Sequence record: SRR16203515_4633
Length of the DNA: 41,770 nucleotides
Strand: one strand, 5' to 3'
Below the pieces are notes generated by a model. That model did not search any database and was not told the origin of the DNA. It worked only from the letters and a program-made list of their open reading frames with translations. A program made the translations under genes and the position numbers. Of this stretch, positions 39,022-41,770 are shown piece after piece (within the stretch, counting starts at the first letter, position 1; each line of letters starts with the position of its first letter).

Positions 39022-39825
39022 CTATCTAGTATCAGTACTTTCAAAAATCTTATTGGCTGAGGATTCTACAAAGCCAGTATAAATCTCCCCTTTTTTATCA
39101 CAATAACGTAATGCAAATTCATAAAAACAACTAGGAAGCTCTTTTTCCCAATCATTAAATTTAACAGGAAATTTATCAGCCAGAGTAGAAGACTGTTCTA
39201 ATAAAAGTTCTTTTGAACCTTTTATCTCACCACCAGATGAATTCAAAATAAAACCTGCATCTTTTAGCTTTTGGTTTACTTCTTCTATAGTATTAAATTT
39301 TTCTAAATGATTAATACTAACAGTAAAATGATTAGCTCTATATCCCCATGCTGCTAACCAAGCTGCATATTCACTCTCTTCTAAAAGTATTTTATAAATC
39401 CTATAATCAATATTCCAATGTCTACCTGAATATAAAAAGTTATCGTTTAGAATCTTATCTTCATCAACTTGGGATACTAAAAAATGTATTACCTCTTGAA
39501 TTGCAGGGGAAAACTTCTCTACTTGTAATTCTGAAATAAAAACCTTTGGATTAGTGCTATCGTAATGTTCATAGTGTTTTGCATGTATTTTTTTATCTTC
39601 AAAATTATACTCTTCACACTCCTTGTATCCCAAAGAGGTAAAATGTTTTGCTAATTTCTCTAAGCCTACTTTTTCTAAATCAAAAGTACGTAAAGCTATA
39701 TGATCATTGATTATGTCGTTGTTTTGAGTTGAACCTAAAAGTTTATGAATTTTTGTAGCAGTAGGCGTAACACGTAGATAGTTTTGCCATAGGTACTCAA
39801 AAAGGGTATTGATATTATCATGCAT
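39022..39825 (-). CDS. DUF1338 family (2-oxoadipate dioxygenase/decarboxylase-like) protein
   Basis: NDHIALRTF, PKVFISEL, SEYAAW..ANHFTV, LLEQSST, FYEFA.R, IFEST. Confidence 0.88.
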   Translation of the reverse strand: MHDNINTLFEYLWQNYLRVTPTATKIHKLLGSTQNNDIINDHIALRTFDLEKVGLEKLAKHFTSLGYKECEEYNFEDKKIHAKHYEHYDSTNPKVFISELQVEKFSPAIQEVIHFLVSQVDEDKILNDNFLYSGRHWNIDYRIYKILLEESEYAAWLAAWGYRANHFTVSINHLEKFNTIEEVNQKLKDAGFILNSSGGEIKGSKELLLEQSSTLADKFPVKFNDWEKELPSCFYEFALRYCDKKGEIYTGFVESSANKIFESTDTR

Positions 39826-39926
39826 ACTTTATCCTTGATATTAAAGTATCAAGTTTTTCTTTTTGCATATTCTCTTACATATACTAATATTTTATCATAG
39901 TATTGTGTCGTATTACAATAAGAGTT

Positions 39927-40493
39927 TTAGTTTAATTTATTTGTAGCTTGGATTTGAAACTTTTCTAAGATAGTTTTATTTTCAATATTTCTCATATCTA
40001 ATAAGTCTTTTCTTTTTGTAGATAATTGTAGTTTTTTATTTACATTGTCTAATATAATTGGTACAAAATTTGGTTTATGAGAATAACTAAGCACTATATG
40101 AGCTTGATTATTTTTGGCTAATTTTGTATAAATCAGCCTTAATTGTTCTTCTTTTATTCCTAATTTCATAAGAGTAAAAAACTTTGCAATTGCAAAATCT
40201 TCACAATCCCCTGCTCCTGATGATAGAAACTCAATAGGAGTTGCCCAATAATCACTCTTATTCCAATTATTTAAATCTGATTTATACGATAGTTTATTAA
40301 AGTAGTCATTTACAATTTTTAGTTTTTTTAGTGTTTTTTTATTTTCTGCTTTTTTTACCATAGCTTCCCATGATTTGATCTTACTTAGAGTGAATTCATT
40401 CACTGAAATATTAGATTTAAAATCTAGATTTATAGATGCATTTAAAGTAAGTGTAAAAGATAAAGTTATTAAAAGTTTTAAAATTATATTCAT
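39927..40493 (-). CDS. Transglutaminase-like cysteine peptidase (BTLCP/LapG-like), exported
   Basis: Signal peptide, DYWATP, GDCEDFAIAK, AHIVL, ILDN (Cys-His-Asp triad). Confidence 0.92.
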   Translation of the reverse strand: MNIILKLLITLSFTLTLNASINLDFKSNISVNEFTLSKIKSWEAMVKKAENKKTLKKLKIVNDYFNKLSYKSDLNNWNKSDYWATPIEFLSSGAGDCEDFAIAKFFTLMKLGIKEEQLRLIYTKLAKNNQAHIVLSYSHKPNFVPIILDNVNKKLQLSTKRKDLLDMRNIENKTILEKFQIQATNKLN

Positions 40494-40598
40494 TAGTTTT
40501 TTATAGCCTATTTTTTTGATTCCGACATTCTACTAAAAAATGTTTTAAAGTATGTATATTTCAAACACTATATTTACTTAGTATTATAAATTAATAAA

Positions 40599-40643
40599 AT
40601 TTCATTTTAGATTCACTTGTAATTCATTTGTAAAAACTAAACT
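40599..40643 (+). promoter_or_regulatory. Triple 11-bp direct repeat plus -10 upstream of the YtkA-like gene
   Basis: ATTTCAT-TTTA-GATTCAC-TTGT-AATTCAT-TTGTAAAAAC-TAAACT. Confidence 0.6.
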
Positions 40644-40671
40644 TACTTTATAAAAACACAAAGGACAAAAA

Positions 40672-41028
40672 ATGAAAATATTAACAAATATATTATTAGT
40701 ATCAGTATTAGGACTAGGATTTGCTCAAGCAAAAGACAAAGATTATAGTGCAAGTATAGAAAGTAAAGAGACTTTAAAAGTTGGAGTAAATCAAATAAAT
40801 GTATCGATTAAAAGTAAAACTATTCCAGTATATAATGCAGATGTAAAACTAAAAGTATTCCAAAAAAACAATAAAATCATGACTTATAAAACAAAAGAAA
40901 TAAACAAAGAAGGAGAATATGTATTCAATGTAAATCTAGAACAAAAAGGAACATATAACTATCTTTTATCTTATAATCGAATGGGTGGAGTAATACATAG
41001 AGTTAGAGGGGATTGGGAAGTTAGATAA
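40672..41028 (+). CDS. Exported YtkA/FixH-like Ig-fold protein
   Basis: Signal peptide (..GFAQA), LKVGVN, ADVKL, GEYVFNVNL..GTY. Confidence 0.65.
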   Translation: MKILTNILLVSVLGLGFAQAKDKDYSASIESKETLKVGVNQINVSIKSKTIPVYNADVKLKVFQKNNKIMTYKTKEINKEGEYVFNVNLEQKGTYNYLLSYNRMGGVIHRVRGDWEVR

Positions 41029-41041
41029 AACTAATAACTTC

Positions 41042-41070
41042 AAAACCTCAAGTATAATATTTGAGGTTTT
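41042..41070. terminator. Bidirectional intrinsic terminator
   Basis: AAAACCTCAA-GTATAATAT-TTGAGGTTTT between convergent genes. Confidence 0.75.
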
Positions 41071-41082
41071 AAGATTTTTAGC

Positions 41083-41770
41083 CTAATCTACACTCTTAAA
41101 AATCAAATTAAATGAAGCACCTATATAATTTTTATTTTCATATACAAACTCTTTATTCTCTACTGTTATTTTAGAATTTAGATGTTTTGTGATTATTTGA
41201 TTTGTCATATATAAACCTATTCCAGTTCCATGGCTTTTATGTTTAGTAGTAAAGTAAGGTTCAAATATTTTATCTTTAATCTTAATAGGAATTCCTCTTC
41301 CATTATCTTTAATATTTATAGAGATAAAATCATTTTCTTTTGATACATCAATAAAAACATATTTATCAAAATCCTTATCATCAATAAGACTTAATGCATC
41401 TTTTGCATTATTTAATATATTTATCAAGGCTTGAATTAAAAGATTTTCATTACAATATAATAAATCATCAGGGTTTTTATTATTGATAATTATTGCTACA
41501 TTTGATATTTTGAAAGAATCTTTTATTAGAGAAACAACCTTTTTAATAAGACTTTTTGTATCTATTTTACTTTGAGAGGAACTATCTGATAAAAAGAAAT
41601 TCCTAAAATCATCAATTGTTTTTGATAGATATTGTGTTTTCTCATTTATACTGTCCATATTCTCTAGAAACTCATCATCTTTTAGTATTCCAAGTTCTTT
41701 TTTTAGTTTAGTACCTGTAGCAGTTGTTGAAATAATCGAAAGAGGTTGTCTCCATTGATGAGCAATATTA
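41083..41770 (-). CDS. Sensor histidine kinase, C-terminal part (5' end outside the window)
   Basis: Frame stays open to the window edge: NIAHQWRQPLS H-box, NILNNAKDA, DNGRGI, FEPYFTTK, GTGIGL. Confidence 0.92.
   Translation of the reverse strand, partial: NIAHQWRQPLSIISTTATGTKLKKELGILKDDEFLENMDSINEKTQYLSKTIDDFRNFFLSDSSSQSKIDTKSLIKKVVSLIKDSFKISNVAIIINNKNPDDLLYCNENLLIQALINILNNAKDALSLIDDKDFDKYVFIDVSKENDFISINIKDNGRGIPIKIKDKIFEPYFTTKHKSHGTGIGLYMTNQIITKHLNSKITVENKEFVYENKNYIGASFNLIFKSVD

Noticed and set aside
842-39539. Short antisense or overlapping ORFs in the track (e.g. 842, 2320, 8035, 18527, 23830, 31205, 37307)
   Set aside because: They are shadows of well-supported genes on the other strand or frame, with no motifs.
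39834-39853. FNR-like box CTTGATA-N6-TATCAAG upstream of the DUF1338 gene
   Set aside because: The TTGAT/ATCAA spacing is 8 rather than 4. It may be a hairpin or another operator, but it cannot be assigned.

Overview
Very AT-rich bacterial chromosome segment. It is most likely Campylobacterota, family Arcobacteraceae; this is inferred from composition, the AHQWRQPL kinase H-box and gene style. Bases 1-28.8 kb hold a minus-strand Wzx/Wzy-type exopolysaccharide locus: Wza, a Wzc-like protein, flippase, polymerase/ligase, acetyltransferase, several GT4s and a GT2, ManC, a CugP-like pyrophosphorylase and a fused initiating transferase. The locus carries its own regulators: a REC-PP2C/RsbW/2xSTAS partner-switching set, two soluble hybrid kinases and an OmpR-family regulator. 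It also encodes unusual accessory enzymes: a cytoplasmic alkaline-phosphatase-superfamily protein, a Pol-beta-like nucleotidyltransferase, a deacetylase and an AAA_28-like kinase. Each of its five apparent operons starts with the same 34-bp pho-box-like element (7-4-7 direct repeat of nTTGCAH, 10 nt, then a -10 hexamer), which points to a dedicated regulon. The polymerase/ligase gene is broken by a single in-frame TGA. Bases 28.8-41.8 kb are ordinary chromosomal genes (NYN protein, uup, YqeY, GGDEF, wHTH regulator, DUF3095, HD-GYP, DUF1338, LapG-like, YtkA-like, partial kinase), plus a probable unannotated 37-aa protein and two more promoters with the same geometry. No rRNA, tRNA, CRISPR array or mobile element was recognised. 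All calls come from reading motifs; no searches were run.
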